A stretch of DNA of 61,297 nt, the filler included, from Gemmatimonadota bacterium (GTDB lineage: Bacteria; 4572-55; J002), in NCBI GenBank assembly GCA_003697105.1. It is 4 parts of 4 records of this genome, joined end to end, with 100 filler letters (N's around TTAATTAATTAA, not from the genome) between each part and the next. Parts side by side here need not be neighbours in the genome. Positions count along the whole stretch, not along the records: positions 49,865 to 61,297 come from RFFQ01000055.1; 3 more parts are not named here. One strand, 5' to 3'. Below are positions 50,065 to 60,484 of this stretch, piece by piece. Position 1 is the first letter of the stretch; each line of letters begins with the position of its first letter. Under the pieces are notes generated by a model that ran no database searches, was not told where the DNA came from, and worked only from the letters and a program-made list of their open reading frames with translations. Position numbers and translations under genes: made by a program.

Positions 50065-51093
50065 TGCCCTATACCCATCAGCGACTACCCAAATGTTCTT
50101 CTTGCGCATGGTAGCGGCGGCAAATTGATGCACCAACTCATTGGCAAAATGTTCGCCCCGGCGTTTAGCAACAAATTGCTCAATCAACAACACGACGGCG
50201 CGGCAATTGACTTGGGTAACGGGACAAAAATTGCCTTTACTACGGATTCATTTGTCGTCAGTCCGCTTTTCTTCCCCGGTGGGAATATCGGGACTTTGGC
50301 GGTGAACGGAACAGTCAATGATCTGGCAATGTGCGGCGCAAAACCGCTCTATCTGAGCGCGGGATTCATTATTGAGGAAGGCTTACCGATGGAAACGCTC
50401 TGGCAGGTCGTCCACAGCATGAGCGAAGCGACAGAAACTGCTGGAGTGCAACTGGTTACCGGTGATACTAAAGTGGTGGATCGCGGCAAAGGGGATGGTA
50501 TCTATATCAACACGGCGGGTATCGGTTTAATCGATTCAGATCGAGCTATTTCCCCTACCCAAATTCAACCCGGTGATAAAATTCTGATCAATGGCGATTT
50601 AGGACGGCACGGCATGGCGATCATGGCGGTGCGGGAAGGCTTGGAATTTGAGACCGAAATCAAAAGTGATTGTGCCCCCCTGGTCGATCCGGTGTTTGCC
50701 CTACTAGATGCGGGGATTGAGGTTCATTGTCTGCGCGATCTTACGCGCGGCGGGCTAGCGACGACACTTGTGGAAATAGCGGAGTCGATAAATACACACC
50801 TTCATATATCTGAAGCGGCAGTGCCCGTGCGGGAGGATGTCCGCGGGGCGTGTGAAATCCTCGGTTTTGACCCGTTCTATGTTGCCAATGAGGGACGATT
50901 TATGGCATTTGTACCGCCCGATGATGCCGGCCGGGCAATAGAAATTTTACGCCAGTTCCCGGATGGAGATCAAGCGGCAATCATTGGGGACGTTACGGAA
51001 AAGAGCGGTACCGTAGTCACGATGAAAAGCCAGATCGGGGCAACTCGTATCCTTGATATGCTTAGCGGAGAGCAACTGCCCCGGATTTGCTAG
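49867..51093 (+). CDS. hypE: Hydrogenase maturation carbamoyl dehydratase HypE; true start lost in gap
   Basis: [20 protein letters not shown] (upstream of the ORF-track start), [41 protein letters not shown]-terminal PRIC. Confidence 0.95.
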   Translation, partial: PASSSHPPASSPQSPASSSHPPASSPHPPASSPQPLASSPQSPASSSHPPASSPQPLASSPQPLASCPIPISDYPNVLLAHGSGGKLMHQLIGKMFAPAFSNKLLNQQHDGAAIDLGNGTKIAFTTDSFVVSPLFFPGGNIGTLAVNGTVNDLAMCGAKPLYLSAGFIIEEGLPMETLWQVVHSMSEATETAGVQLVTGDTKVVDRGKGDGIYINTAGIGLIDSDRAISPTQIQPGDKILINGDLGRHGMAIMAVREGLEFETEIKSDCAPLVDPVFALLDAGIEVHCLRDLTRGGLATTLVEIAESINTHLHISEAAVPVREDVRGACEILGFDPFYVANEGRFMAFVPPDDAGRAIEILRQFPDGDQAAIIGDVTEKSGTVVTMKSQIGATRILDMLSGEQLPRIC

Positions 51094-52625
51094 CGTAACA
51101 AAATTAATTTGCGCCCACTTACTACCGTCGAACCCACTTGCAAACGAACCCCATAAACCCCGCTCTGCACCGGTCTGCCCTCCTGGTCCGTCCCAGACCA
51201 AATCACCGCATGTTGACCTGCCTGCCGGTACTCATCGACTAACACCGTGACCAATCGCCCACCCAGATCATATATCGCCAGATATACCGGAGCACCTTCC
51301 GGTAAATCGAACCGGATCGCCGTTTGGGGATTAAACGGATTGGGGTAATTGGGGTGTAATTGCATCGGGGAGTGAATCACAGGTTGATCCGGCGGATGCG
51401 GAACCGCCACAATAGCGGAATTGAGCGTATGATAGACGGTCTCCAATAGGGTATGATTGCGGTCGGCACTGAACTCCCAAAACATACTACCCCCGAGCTC
51501 ATAAAGATTGATATAGGCGCACTTTTGCTGGATGGAGATGCTATCATCATAACTAATCATAATCTGTGTTTCGGGATTATACAGCCACGGAACGTGAGCA
51601 CCGTCATGCCAGTAGCGGCTATACCCGTTGGTTTCCACGTAGTTAGTGGCTAAATCCCAAAAATCAAAGACACCGTTTTCCCAAGTGCCGGCAGGCGCGG
51701 CACCCCAATAGGAGGTAAACAGCCCGTTATTTTCATTGGGGACACCCCCATAACCTCGTCCGTAAAATGCCAGCCCCACATGGAGTTTCTCCGGAGGCAC
51801 ACCCCGGCTCAGATACGCTTGAACGGCTGCATCTACCGTATAAGCAGAATGATACGGCTCTTCCAGTGGGTCATCCTCTGCGATAAATAGCGGGGCATTG
51901 AAGTGCGTTACGGCATCCGCCTCACCACCCCACGGACCGTGTAGATCGTAGCTCATCAGATTTATCCAATCCAGATACTCATGAAGGAGTTCCACTTCCA
52001 GATTCTCAATTTTGTGCGGTGCGGCAGGAGCGGCAATGGTTAGCAGATAATTACCGGCGTCATCTAGTTGTTCTCGCAGTTCCGCCAGGAGCAAGGTAAA
52101 ATTTTCCCGATCTTCGGGGCGATAGATATTGCCGGGGTCACCGCAGCAGACGGGATATTCCCAATCAATGTCCACCCCGTCAAATTCATATTCCTGAATA
52201 AATTCGACACAAGATGCGGCAAACGTCGAGCGGGATTCCTCGGTGAGAGCAATATCGGAAAAATAGGTGGACCACGTCCAACCGCCGACAGAAATCAGCG
52301 TTTTTAAGTGTGGATGAGCGGCTTTCAGCAATTGTAGCTGGTGAAAAGAGCCCCGCAGACAGCCTTCATCCCAACAATCACCTTCATAATACCGATCAAT
52401 GTCGGCATAGGGGTCTCCTAGTTGGATTGTACCGGTGGTCGGGTCGATATTCGCGAAAGCATAATTGATATGGGTGACCTGATCCGCTGGAATATCGGGT
52501 ACGTGATAATTCCGGGCATAAACTGACCACGAGGTGTAATACCCCACAATGTTTTTCGCAAATTCCTGCGCGTGAACGGGGAATAGCAGGCAAAAAAAGA
52601 TCAACATCGATAGAACATAGGACAT
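51090..52625 (-). CDS. Secreted GH18 chitinase with T9SS/FlgD-type CTD
   Basis: [25 protein letters not shown] (DxxDxDxE), [31 protein letters not shown] before the ATG at 52625. Confidence 0.93.
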   Translation of the reverse strand: MSYVLSMLIFFCLLFPVHAQEFAKNIVGYYTSWSVYARNYHVPDIPADQVTHINYAFANIDPTTGTIQLGDPYADIDRYYEGDCWDEGCLRGSFHQLQLLKAAHPHLKTLISVGGWTWSTYFSDIALTEESRSTFAASCVEFIQEYEFDGVDIDWEYPVCCGDPGNIYRPEDRENFTLLLAELREQLDDAGNYLLTIAAPAAPHKIENLEVELLHEYLDWINLMSYDLHGPWGGEADAVTHFNAPLFIAEDDPLEEPYHSAYTVDAAVQAYLSRGVPPEKLHVGLAFYGRGYGGVPNENNGLFTSYWGAAPAGTWENGVFDFWDLATNYVETNGYSRYWHDGAHVPWLYNPETQIMISYDDSISIQQKCAYINLYELGGSMFWEFSADRNHTLLETVYHTLNSAIVAVPHPPDQPVIHSPMQLHPNYPNPFNPQTAIRFDLPEGAPVYLAIYDLGGRLVTVLVDEYRQAGQHAVIWSGTDQEGRPVQSGVYGVRLQVGSTVVSGRKLILLR

Positions 52626-52890
52626 TGGAACCTCCTTTTGTGATGAATGATCCGGTATTCGGTTGTTGGGCGGGATCACCATAATAAAAAAACAACCGGC
52701 CGTTCCGCAAGGGCTATCAAGTGTCCATTCCAAGGCAATTTTGCCCGTCACCGAACATTCACCACATCTCAAGCAGGTGATCGCGCATAAAAGACCCGGT
52801 AAGGTCCTTCAAAATTGGAGAAAGCGCGCTTGTTACACTCTGAGTTATAGGTCACAAAAATCACATAAGTATAAAATTTTAGTGTGGGTC

Positions 52891-52918
52891 TTGACAAATG
52901 CGGCACACCTCTTATATT
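52891..52918 (+). promoter_or_regulatory. sigma70 promoter of the tRNA-like gene
   Basis: TTGACA (52891-52896), 16-bp spacer, TATATT (52913-52918). Confidence 0.7.
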
Positions 52919-52926
52919 AATTTGGT

Positions 52927-53009
52927 AGCAGGACAGCTTAATGAGGTGCGGCCGCCTCGCGAGGCTCATGACCTCGTGCTCCCCTGTTCGACTCAGGGTC
53001 CTGCTACCA
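52927..53009 (+). tRNA. Atypical tRNA-like RNA with CAU anticodon (Met/Ile2-like)
   Basis: Acceptor AGCAGGA/TCCTGCT + A + CCA; anticodon arm CGAGG-CTCATGA-CCTCG; T arm CCCTG-TTCGACT-CAGGG; non-canonical 26-nt D region. Confidence 0.7.
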
Positions 53010-53021
53010 TATTTAAAACTT

Positions 53022-53058
53022 AAAACCCCCGATCCAGCGTGCTGGATCGGGGGTTTTT
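53022..53058. terminator. Bidirectional intrinsic terminator (tRNA-like gene / hppA)
   Basis: AAAACCCCCGATCCAGC / GCTGGATCGGGGGTTTT. Confidence 0.88.
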
Positions 53059-53092
53059 GTTGCTTAAAAACCGATTTAATTTGTAGCTCGGA

Positions 53093-55183
53093 TTACATCA
53101 CGGCAATCAGGGGAGCAATCACTAAACTCACCACACTCATTAACTTAATGAGGATATTGAGTGAGGGACCCGCCGTATCCTTGAAAGGGTCACCTACAGT
53201 ATCCCCGACGACCGTTGCCTTGTGAACATCACTACCTTTACCACCAAGTTGCCCGGTTTCCACAAACTTCTTGGCATTATCCCACGCACCACCTGCGTTG
53301 GACATAAAAATAGCCATTAGCACGCCGGAAACCGTTACACCTGCCAGCAAGCCACCCAGCACTTCCGCACCAAAAATAAAACCGACAACCACTGGAGCCG
53401 CGACCGCAATCACGCCGGGTGCAATCATCTCTTTGAGGGCGGCGCCGGTTGCAATGGTTACACACTTGGCGTATTCGGCTTTGGCTTTACCCTCCATCAA
53501 GCCGGGGATTTCGTTAAACTGCCGGCGGACTTCCTCAATCATTTTACCGGCGGCTCGCCCGACCGCTTTCATCGCAAGCGACGAAAAAAGGAATGGCAAC
53601 ATACCACCCACCAGCAGACCCGCCATGACGGTAGGGTGCATGATGTCAATTCCGGTCAAACCGGCAACAGAAGTAAATGCAGAGAACAGGGCTAATGCGG
53701 TCAATGCTGCCGAGCCAATGGCAAATCCTTTTCCGATGGCGGCAGTGGTGTTCCCCACAGCATCGAGCTTATCTGTTCGTTGCCGGACTTCTGGACCTAA
53801 CTCACACATTTCTGCAATCCCGCCAGCGTTATCCGCAATCGGACCGTAGGCATCCACCGCAAGCTGAATTCCGGTTGTGGAAAGCATCCCTAACGCCGCG
53901 ATGGCAATGCCATACAAATGGGCAAAATGGTACGCCACAATAATTGCCGCTGCAATCGCAATCAGGGGAATGGCGGTGGACATCATTCCCAATCCCAAAC
54001 CGGAAATGATGTTGGTAGCGACACCTGTCACCGAATCTTTCGCGATACCTTGTGCCGGACTTTTACTTTCTGCGGTGTAATATTCTGTACTAAAGGCAAT
54101 GACCAAGCCGGAAATTAGCCCGGCAATCGTAGCGAAGAAGACCCCATTTGCGGTAATCGTGTGATCACCAATAACAAACGAGCCTTCGGGTAACATCCAC
54201 TTGATGATAAAAAATGAGACAATGACCATCAAAATACCGGCGGTGAAAATCCCTTTATTTAAGGCGGCTTGGGGGTTGCCGCCTTCCTTCGTGCGTACCA
54301 AAAATGTTCCTAAAATAGAGACCACAATACCGGCACTTGCCAGCACGAGCGGTAACAACACGGCATTATAACTGCCAATAACACCTGCCCAAGCCACGCC
54401 GATCACCATTGTCCCGATAATCGAACCGACATAGGACTCAAACAGGTCTGCACCCATACCTGCCACATCACCGACGTTATCGCCCACATTATCGGCAATC
54501 ACCGCCGGATTGCGCGGGTCATCTTCGGGAATACCGGCTTCCACTTTACCCACCAGATCGGCCCCGACGTCCGCCGCTTTCGTAAAAATACCACCGCCGA
54601 CACGGGCAAACAGGGCAATTGAACTGGCACCTAATGAGAATCCGGTCAGTACGCTTAGCACCCGTGCCATTAGGATTTGCCCTTCACTGGTGGTTACGCC
54701 TAAGTCCGCTCCAAAAAACTTCACGTATAAAATAAATAAGCCGGACAGACCCAATACCCCTAAACCAACCACCGACATGCCCATCACCGACCCGCCGGAA
54801 AAAGCAACTTTTAATGCACTTGCTAAACCGGTTTGGGCGGAGCCGGCGGTGCGGACATTTGCCGAGGTGGCTACGCGCATCCCGAAAAATCCTGCCAGTG
54901 CCGAACAGATCGCCCCAATAATAAACGAGATGGCAACCAACCAATGACTATCAGCAGAACCATTGTAAGCCACACCTAAAATAATGGCAACAATCAATAC
55001 AAACCCGGCTAGAATACGATATTCGCTGGCTAAAAATGCCATTGCTCCTTCGCGGATATATCCTGAAATCTCTTTCATGCGCTCACTGGGGACATCCTGC
55101 TTACTAATACCCTTCGACTTTATGAACGCAAACAGTAACGCCGCGATACCGAACACCGGCATCAAGTAAATCAAATTATTCAA
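53093..55183 (-). CDS. hppA: Membrane-bound ion-translocating pyrophosphatase, K+-dependent type (likely Na+-pumping)
   Basis: [50 protein letters not shown] (Ala = K+-dependent), [13 protein letters not shown] start with AGGAGG RBS. Confidence 0.96.
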   Translation of the reverse strand: MNNLIYLMPVFGIAALLFAFIKSKGISKQDVPSERMKEISGYIREGAMAFLASEYRILAGFVLIVAIILGVAYNGSADSHWLVAISFIIGAICSALAGFFGMRVATSANVRTAGSAQTGLASALKVAFSGGSVMGMSVVGLGVLGLSGLFILYVKFFGADLGVTTSEGQILMARVLSVLTGFSLGASSIALFARVGGGIFTKAADVGADLVGKVEAGIPEDDPRNPAVIADNVGDNVGDVAGMGADLFESYVGSIIGTMVIGVAWAGVIGSYNAVLLPLVLASAGIVVSILGTFLVRTKEGGNPQAALNKGIFTAGILMVIVSFFIIKWMLPEGSFVIGDHTITANGVFFATIAGLISGLVIAFSTEYYTAESKSPAQGIAKDSVTGVATNIISGLGLGMMSTAIPLIAIAAAIIVAYHFAHLYGIAIAALGMLSTTGIQLAVDAYGPIADNAGGIAEMCELGPEVRQRTDKLDAVGNTTAAIGKGFAIGSAALTALALFSAFTSVAGLTGIDIMHPTVMAGLLVGGMLPFLFSSLAMKAVGRAAGKMIEEVRRQFNEIPGLMEGKAKAEYAKCVTIATGAALKEMIAPGVIAVAAPVVVGFIFGAEVLGGLLAGVTVSGVLMAIFMSNAGGAWDNAKKFVETGQLGGKGSDVHKATVVGDTVGDPFKDTAGPSLNILIKLMSVVSLVIAPLIAVM

Positions 55184-55309
55184 GGTAAGGTATCCTCCTT
55201 TTAAAATGAAGATGTGAATCGGTTAAATTAAATAAGTGAATTTCATCGCATGATTTCGTCTCGAATGGTGACCATTACAAGATGAGAGTACTGTAACAAA
55301 AGGTTTGCA

Positions 55310-55338
55310 ATCATAACACCTCGAAAAAGATCAGTCAA
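55310..55338 (-). promoter_or_regulatory. sigma70 promoter of hppA
   Basis: TTGACT (55338-55333), 17-bp spacer, TATGAT (55315-55310) with TG extension. Confidence 0.6.
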
Positions 55339-55487
55339 TACAAAAACCGCTCAAAAGCCTGATGATAACCATCTTAAAGCGAAAAATTTAAACAGGAATA
55401 TGTAATCTCTTTGGGGATATTAACCTACCTACATTTGTATTGAAATATATATTACTTGATCTCACCCTTTTCGGAGGAAAATTAGTG

Positions 55488-55524
55488 TTGACAAAAAACT
55501 AAGTTTAGTGTATTATGTACACTA
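55488..55524 (+). promoter_or_regulatory. pncB promoter overlapped by an NrtR operator
   Basis: TTGACA (55488-55493)-17-TATTAT (55511-55516); palindrome TAGTGTA-TTATG-TACACTA (55506-55524) with GT-N7-AC core. Confidence 0.85.
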
Positions 55525-55542
55525 TAAAGAAAGGAGGAAGCT

Positions 55543-57018
55543 ATGAGTTACCAAAAGTTACCGTATAATCAGTCGTTAGCCTTACTCACAGACCTATATG
55601 AACTCACGATGGCGTACGGGTTCTGGAAAACCGGTACCGGGGAGCGAGAGTCTGTGTTTCATCTTTTTTTCCGCAAAAATCCGTTTGGTGGGGGATACGC
55701 CCTTGCGTGCGGGCTTGCCACGATCATCGATTATCTGGAGAATTTCACCTTTGATGAAAGTGATCTCGCATATCTAAGTTCACTCAGCGGAAATGACGGC
55801 AAACCGCTATTTGATCCTGCCTTTTTAGAGTATCTCAAACGGATGGAGTTCCGGTGTGATGTTGATGCCGTTCCCGAAGGGACGGTTGTGTTCCCCAACG
55901 AACCGTTGGTACGGGTACAAGGTCCGGTCATTCAATGCCAAATTTTAGAAAGTGCCCTACTCAATGCGATCAATTTTGAGACGTTGATTGCAACCAAAGC
56001 CGCCCGTATTTGCTATGCGGCAAATGGGGAACCGGTACTGGAATTTGGCTTACGCCGGGCACAGGGGTTTGATGGAGGGTTGGGTGCTAGCCGGTCTGCT
56101 TATATTGGGGGCTGTGCGGCAACTTCCAACGTGATGGCGGGTAAACTGTTCGGTATCCCTGTTAAAGGGACACACGCCCACAGTTGGGTGATGCTGTTTG
56201 ATTCCGAGATTGAGGCGTTTGAGGCGTATGCGGACGCGATGCCGAACAACTGCGTTTTTTTGGTCGATACCTACAATACCCTGGAGGGTGTCAAACACGC
56301 GATTGAAGTTGGGAAAAAATTGCGGGAACGTGGCTATGAAATGGTGGGAGTCCGGCTCGACTCCGGGGATTTAGCGTACCTTAGCATCCAAGCGCGGGAA
56401 CTCCTCGATGCCGCCGGATTTACCGGCGCAACTATCGTGGCGAGTAACGATCTGGATGAGATCATCATTGACAGCCTCAAGGACCAAGGGGCAAAAATTA
56501 CCGTGTGGGGCGTCGGTACAAAGTTAGCAACTGCCTACAACCAGCCCGCTTTAGGAGGCGTGTACAAACTTGCCGCCGTGCGCCATGCCGGTGGGGAATG
56601 GGAGTACAAGGTTAAGCTCTCCGAACAGCAAGTTAAAATCTCTAACCCGGGGCGACAGCAAGTCCGGCGCTATTTCAACTCAGTGGAAAATATCGCCGAT
56701 ATGATTTACAATCTGGATGCCCCGCCTCGCTCGGACGCGGTCATTGTTGATCAATTTGACATGACACGCCGCAAGCACATCCCCCCAGAAACACCGTATC
56801 AGGATTTGCTGGTGCCGATCTTCCGGCAAGGTACGCGTATCTATGACCTGCCTTCTATCCATGACATTCGCCGGCAGGCTCAAGAAAATCTCAGCCGCTT
56901 TCATGCGGGCATCAAACGATTTGTCAATCCGCACCAGTACCCGGTCGGGTTGGAAAAATCACTGTTTGATCTCAAAACCGAACTCATTTTGAAGGCACGC
57001 CACATCAACCACCAGTAG
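55543..57018 (+). CDS. pncB: Nicotinate phosphoribosyltransferase
   Basis: [49 protein letters not shown]. Confidence 0.96.
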   Translation: MSYQKLPYNQSLALLTDLYELTMAYGFWKTGTGERESVFHLFFRKNPFGGGYALACGLATIIDYLENFTFDESDLAYLSSLSGNDGKPLFDPAFLEYLKRMEFRCDVDAVPEGTVVFPNEPLVRVQGPVIQCQILESALLNAINFETLIATKAARICYAANGEPVLEFGLRRAQGFDGGLGASRSAYIGGCAATSNVMAGKLFGIPVKGTHAHSWVMLFDSEIEAFEAYADAMPNNCVFLVDTYNTLEGVKHAIEVGKKLRERGYEMVGVRLDSGDLAYLSIQARELLDAAGFTGATIVASNDLDEIIIDSLKDQGAKITVWGVGTKLATAYNQPALGGVYKLAAVRHAGGEWEYKVKLSEQQVKISNPGRQQVRRYFNSVENIADMIYNLDAPPRSDAVIVDQFDMTRRKHIPPETPYQDLLVPIFRQGTRIYDLPSIHDIRRQAQENLSRFHAGIKRFVNPHQYPVGLEKSLFDLKTELILKARHINHQ

Positions 57019-57027
57019 AGGTACATT

Positions 57028-57720
57028 ATGCCATTTACATACGAATATCCACGCCCTGCCGTGACGGTCGATTGTGTTGTTTTTGGACTTGATACCGAAC
57101 CACAGCTAAAATTGATGGTCATCCAGCGGGCTCACCCACCGTTTGCCGGCGAGTGGGCGCTACCCGGCGGGTTTGTGGGTATGGACGAAGATTTGGAAGA
57201 AAGCGCCCGTCGCGAGTTGAAGGAAGAAACCGGCATCGACCATATTTTTTTGGAACAACTGTACACCTTTGGTAAACCGGGGCGTGACCCCCGCGGCAGA
57301 ACCATCACCGTGGCGTATTATGCCCTGATCAATTTAAGCGAGCACCCTGTGACCGCGGCAAGTGACGCCCAAGATGCCCGCTGGTTTGAAGTCAATCATT
57401 TGCCGAAATTGGCATTCGACCATGATCAAATTGTGGCAACCGCCCTTCAGCGGTTGCGGGGGAAAGTGCGCTACCAGCCCATCGGGTTCGAGTTACTCCC
57501 CCGAAAATTCACCCTGACCCAACTTCAGCAGTTGTATGAAATCATTCTGGAAAAACCGCTGGATAAACGCAATTTCCGCCGAAAAATTCTCAAAATGGAT
57601 ATTCTGGTCGCCCTAGAGGAGTATCAAACCGGTGTACCCCACCGCGCGGCGCGGTTGTATCAGTTTGATGAAAAGAAGTACCAGCAAAAAATTAAAGCGG
57701 GTTTCAATTTTGAAATTTAA
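57028..57720 (+). CDS. nrtR: Nudix-related transcriptional regulator NrtR
   Basis: Nudix box [32 protein letters not shown], w[22 protein letters not shown]. Confidence 0.92.
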   Translation: MPFTYEYPRPAVTVDCVVFGLDTEPQLKLMVIQRAHPPFAGEWALPGGFVGMDEDLEESARRELKEETGIDHIFLEQLYTFGKPGRDPRGRTITVAYYALINLSEHPVTAASDAQDARWFEVNHLPKLAFDHDQIVATALQRLRGKVRYQPIGFELLPRKFTLTQLQQLYEIILEKPLDKRNFRRKILKMDILVALEEYQTGVPHRAARLYQFDEKKYQQKIKAGFNFEI

Positions 57721-57744
57721 ACTTAAAATGGAGGTCAAGTTGAC

Positions 57745-58368
57745 ATGAAAAAAGCACTGATTATTGTCGATGTTCAAAATGATTTTTGTCCGGGCGGGGC
57801 ACTGGCGGTTCAGGAAGGTGATCAGATTATTCCCATTATCAACCGGTTGGCGCAGTCCGGGCAGTTTGACCGGATAATTGCTACCCAAGATTGGCATCCT
57901 GCCAATCACGGTAGTTTTGCCGCCAATCATCCGGGTAAAACACCCGGTGAGCGCATCAAATTAGGGGGATTAGACCAAATTCTGTGGCCCATTCATTGTG
58001 TGCAAGGCAGTCATGGTGCGGATTTCCATCCCGAATTAGACCGGTCTCACGTGGATTGTATCTTCCAAAAAGGTACCGACCCCCAAATTGATAGTTACAG
58101 TGGATTTTATGACAATGGGCGACGGAAATCTACCGGCTTAGCAGAGTATCTGCACGGCGAGGGAATCCAACAGGTAGTGGTGGTGGGTTTAGCAACGGAT
58201 TATTGCGTGAAATTTACGGCGTTGGATGCGCGGCAAGAAGGGTTTGAGACCGTGTTGGTCGAAGATGCCGTGCGCGGGGTGAATCTAAATCCAAATGATG
58301 TGGAACAGGCAATTCGTGCGATGAAAGCCGCTGGAGTACGTGTGGTATCGAGTGACATGTGGCAATGA
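57745..58368 (+). CDS. pncA: Nicotinamidase/pyrazinamidase
   Basis: VDVQNDFCPGGAL, QDWHP..H.SF, WPIHCVQGS.GA, KG..DSYSGF, GLATDYCV. Confidence 0.96.
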   Translation: MKKALIIVDVQNDFCPGGALAVQEGDQIIPIINRLAQSGQFDRIIATQDWHPANHGSFAANHPGKTPGERIKLGGLDQILWPIHCVQGSHGADFHPELDRSHVDCIFQKGTDPQIDSYSGFYDNGRRKSTGLAEYLHGEGIQQVVVVGLATDYCVKFTALDARQEGFETVLVEDAVRGVNLNPNDVEQAIRAMKAAGVRVVSSDMWQ

Positions 58369-58395
58369 TGGCTTCAATGGAATTGCCGTTGTGCC

Positions 58396-58935
58396 TTATC
58401 TTGACCCTGAGTAGCCAAACCGTAGATGTCCATCATGGTGATATTCGATGCACCAGCTATCTTGTTCATCAAAAATCCAGCAATCCCAGAAATCTTGGGT
58501 AACAACCTTGGAAGCCACGGGGATCAGGTCTTGCAAGTTGATTTTCAAATTGGGTGAGAGAAAATTTGCCCAGAGAACGGTCACTTGCGGGTTCGCTAAT
58601 CCTGCCCGTTCACTGACCTGTTTGATAAATTGACCATGATCAAAATTGAAAGTGGTTTCATGACGCTCGTACACCTCCCGGGCGAAATTCCAGTCAATAC
58701 GCCCTCCGGCGTGGAACACAAAATGCTGTTCCAGCCAGAGCTGTGAGGGGTCGGTAGGGTGGGCGTGTGTTTGGGTTTGCCAGACCTCGATCTGGTAGGG
58801 AATCCCTTGTTGGTCGAGTTGGTTCAAAAGCGGTTGTCGCGAAGCGACGATTTTATCATAATCAATGGACGTTTGTGCTCGTTCACGAGCTTGACGCCGG
58901 CGGATCGCTCGTTCTTGGGGGGTAAGTTCTCGCAT
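58396..58935 (-). CDS. Hypothetical protein (possible toxin-immunity-like protein)
   Basis: 179 aa with AAAGGA RBS; C-terminal DCWIFD..WCIEYHHDG pattern is reminiscent of CDI-type immunity proteins (unverified). Confidence 0.65.
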   Translation of the reverse strand: MRELTPQERAIRRRQARERAQTSIDYDKIVASRQPLLNQLDQQGIPYQIEVWQTQTHAHPTDPSQLWLEQHFVFHAGGRIDWNFAREVYERHETTFNFDHGQFIKQVSERAGLANPQVTVLWANFLSPNLKINLQDLIPVASKVVTQDFWDCWIFDEQDSWCIEYHHDGHLRFGYSGSR

Positions 58936-59274
58936 GTGATGTCCTTTCTCTCATAAACACGCGGATATTCATTCCGCCAAAGCGCGATACGGGCACTGCA
59001 GAAGGTGTGCCCGGATTCTGTCTTTCCCCTCAAGCAAGACCTGTCACGAAGAGCAGAAGTAAGGTGCTTTCAGTTCCCCAGTTTACACAATCCACCCTTG
59101 AAAATCAAGGGGTTTCGTCTTTTCGGGAGAGCAACTTCCGCTCAAAAAAGCTATTGACAACCCTTTCGCAAGTATGATAAGCTCCTTCCATACTTCGTCC
59201 AACCCGCCGGATTATGTGCCAAATCACATCTGGTATCTGCATTTTTGCCTACCTACGAGAAGGAGATATTTTTT

Positions 59275-60315
59275 ATGAAAGCCCAAGATTTTATCCTTAG
59301 TGACGCTCTAAAATTTCATCCAGAAGTTGGGAAATTGCTCCTGGGTGATGAGCGAATGCTACTCTTCCGGCAAGAAGCTTTTACGGTACTTCGTAAACTG
59401 TTGTTTGAGCAGTTAGGAGACGACCTCGCCAATGGTTGGTTGTTTCAATTCGGTTACCGGTGCGGTCATGGTGATTTTGGGGTCCTTTCGACTTTATACG
59501 ATTGGGATACCGATGCAGACCGGTTAGCTTGTGGTCCCATCATGCACACGTGGGAAGGCATCGTTCAGGTTGAACCGGTGCAGATGGAATTTGACTTGGG
59601 CAGTGGTCACTTCTATTTTCGGGGCATCTGGCGCAACTCGTATGAAGCCGAAATTCATCTAAAAGAATTTGGTAAAAGTAAGGTACCCACCTGTTTTTCC
59701 CTAACCGGTTATGCTTCCGGTTGGTGTAGCGCTTTTATGGGTAAACCGCTGTTAGCGATTGAAACCAAATGCATTGGTAAAGGAGATGAGCAATGTGAAT
59801 GGGAAATTAAGCCGTACGATACATGGGGTCCGGAAGCCGATCTATGGCGCCGCGCCTCTACGGCTACTGAATCATCATTGACAGAAGACCTCGAAGAAAA
59901 GATGAAGGTGATTGAAGAACAGCAAGAGGCCATGCTGGAACTTTCCACACCTGTGATCCAAATCTGGGAAGGCATCCTGATTTTACCCTTGATTGGCACG
60001 ATTGACAGCCGCCGGGCGGGGCAGATCATGCAAAACACATTGAATGCGGTCAGCCAACATCGCGCCAAACAAATCATTATTGACATCACTGGCGTGCCGT
60101 TTGTGGATACAGAGGTTGCGAATCACTTGATCAAAACCATTCAAGCGGCAAAATTGGTCGGGGCAAAATGCATCTTAGTCGGGATTTCCTCCGAAGTGGC
60201 GCAAACTCTCGTCCATATCGGCATTGATCTGGAACATCTGGATACCTTCGCCACGTTGGAAGATGGCTTGCAAGAAGCCCTTTACCGGATGAAATTTGAA
60301 ATCTGCCGGGTGTAA
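59275..60315 (+). CDS. RsbR-like stressosome sensor: XylR-N/V4R + STAS
   Basis: LKFHPEVGKLLL.DERMLL, NSYEAEIH, CFSLTGYASGW..E.KC..KGD.QC (V4R); ELSTPVIQIW..LPLIGTIDS.R..IDITGVP.VDT (RsbR STAS); AAGGAG RBS before the ATG at 59275. Confidence 0.9.
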   Translation: MKAQDFILSDALKFHPEVGKLLLGDERMLLFRQEAFTVLRKLLFEQLGDDLANGWLFQFGYRCGHGDFGVLSTLYDWDTDADRLACGPIMHTWEGIVQVEPVQMEFDLGSGHFYFRGIWRNSYEAEIHLKEFGKSKVPTCFSLTGYASGWCSAFMGKPLLAIETKCIGKGDEQCEWEIKPYDTWGPEADLWRRASTATESSLTEDLEEKMKVIEEQQEAMLELSTPVIQIWEGILILPLIGTIDSRRAGQIMQNTLNAVSQHRAKQIIIDITGVPFVDTEVANHLIKTIQAAKLVGAKCILVGISSEVAQTLVHIGIDLEHLDTFATLEDGLQEALYRMKFEICRV

Positions 60316-60484
60316 TCTAACACCTTTTGCCCTTTGTTAGGGTTTGATAGGCTCACTAACTCCCTCCGTCTGCCCCCAGAGCCGTCATGGACATCGCCGA
60401 AGTGACCGGATCGCCAGAACACATCCCATATTAAAATAGCAACCAACCCAAACTTATAATTATTGAAAGAAAAGAGGTATGTGC

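Noticed and set aside
49809-50078. Minus-strand LEAGGWG-repeat ORF
   Set aside because: Antisense of the hypE repeat tract and runs into Ns.
52927-53009. tRNA-like gene or tRNA-Lys as an integration site
   Set aside because: No integrase nearby, and I noticed no duplicated tRNA 3' end in the window.
53271-53849. 192-aa and 145-aa (54510-54947) plus-strand ORFs within hppA
   Set aside because: Antisense shadows of a highly conserved membrane protein gene.
58985-59050. CGGGCAC/GTGCCCG hairpin followed by AGACCTG, suggestive of a cobalamin riboswitch end
   Set aside because: The B12-box core (GGGAA...GCCACTG) is not recognisable and the downstream gene is not B12-related.
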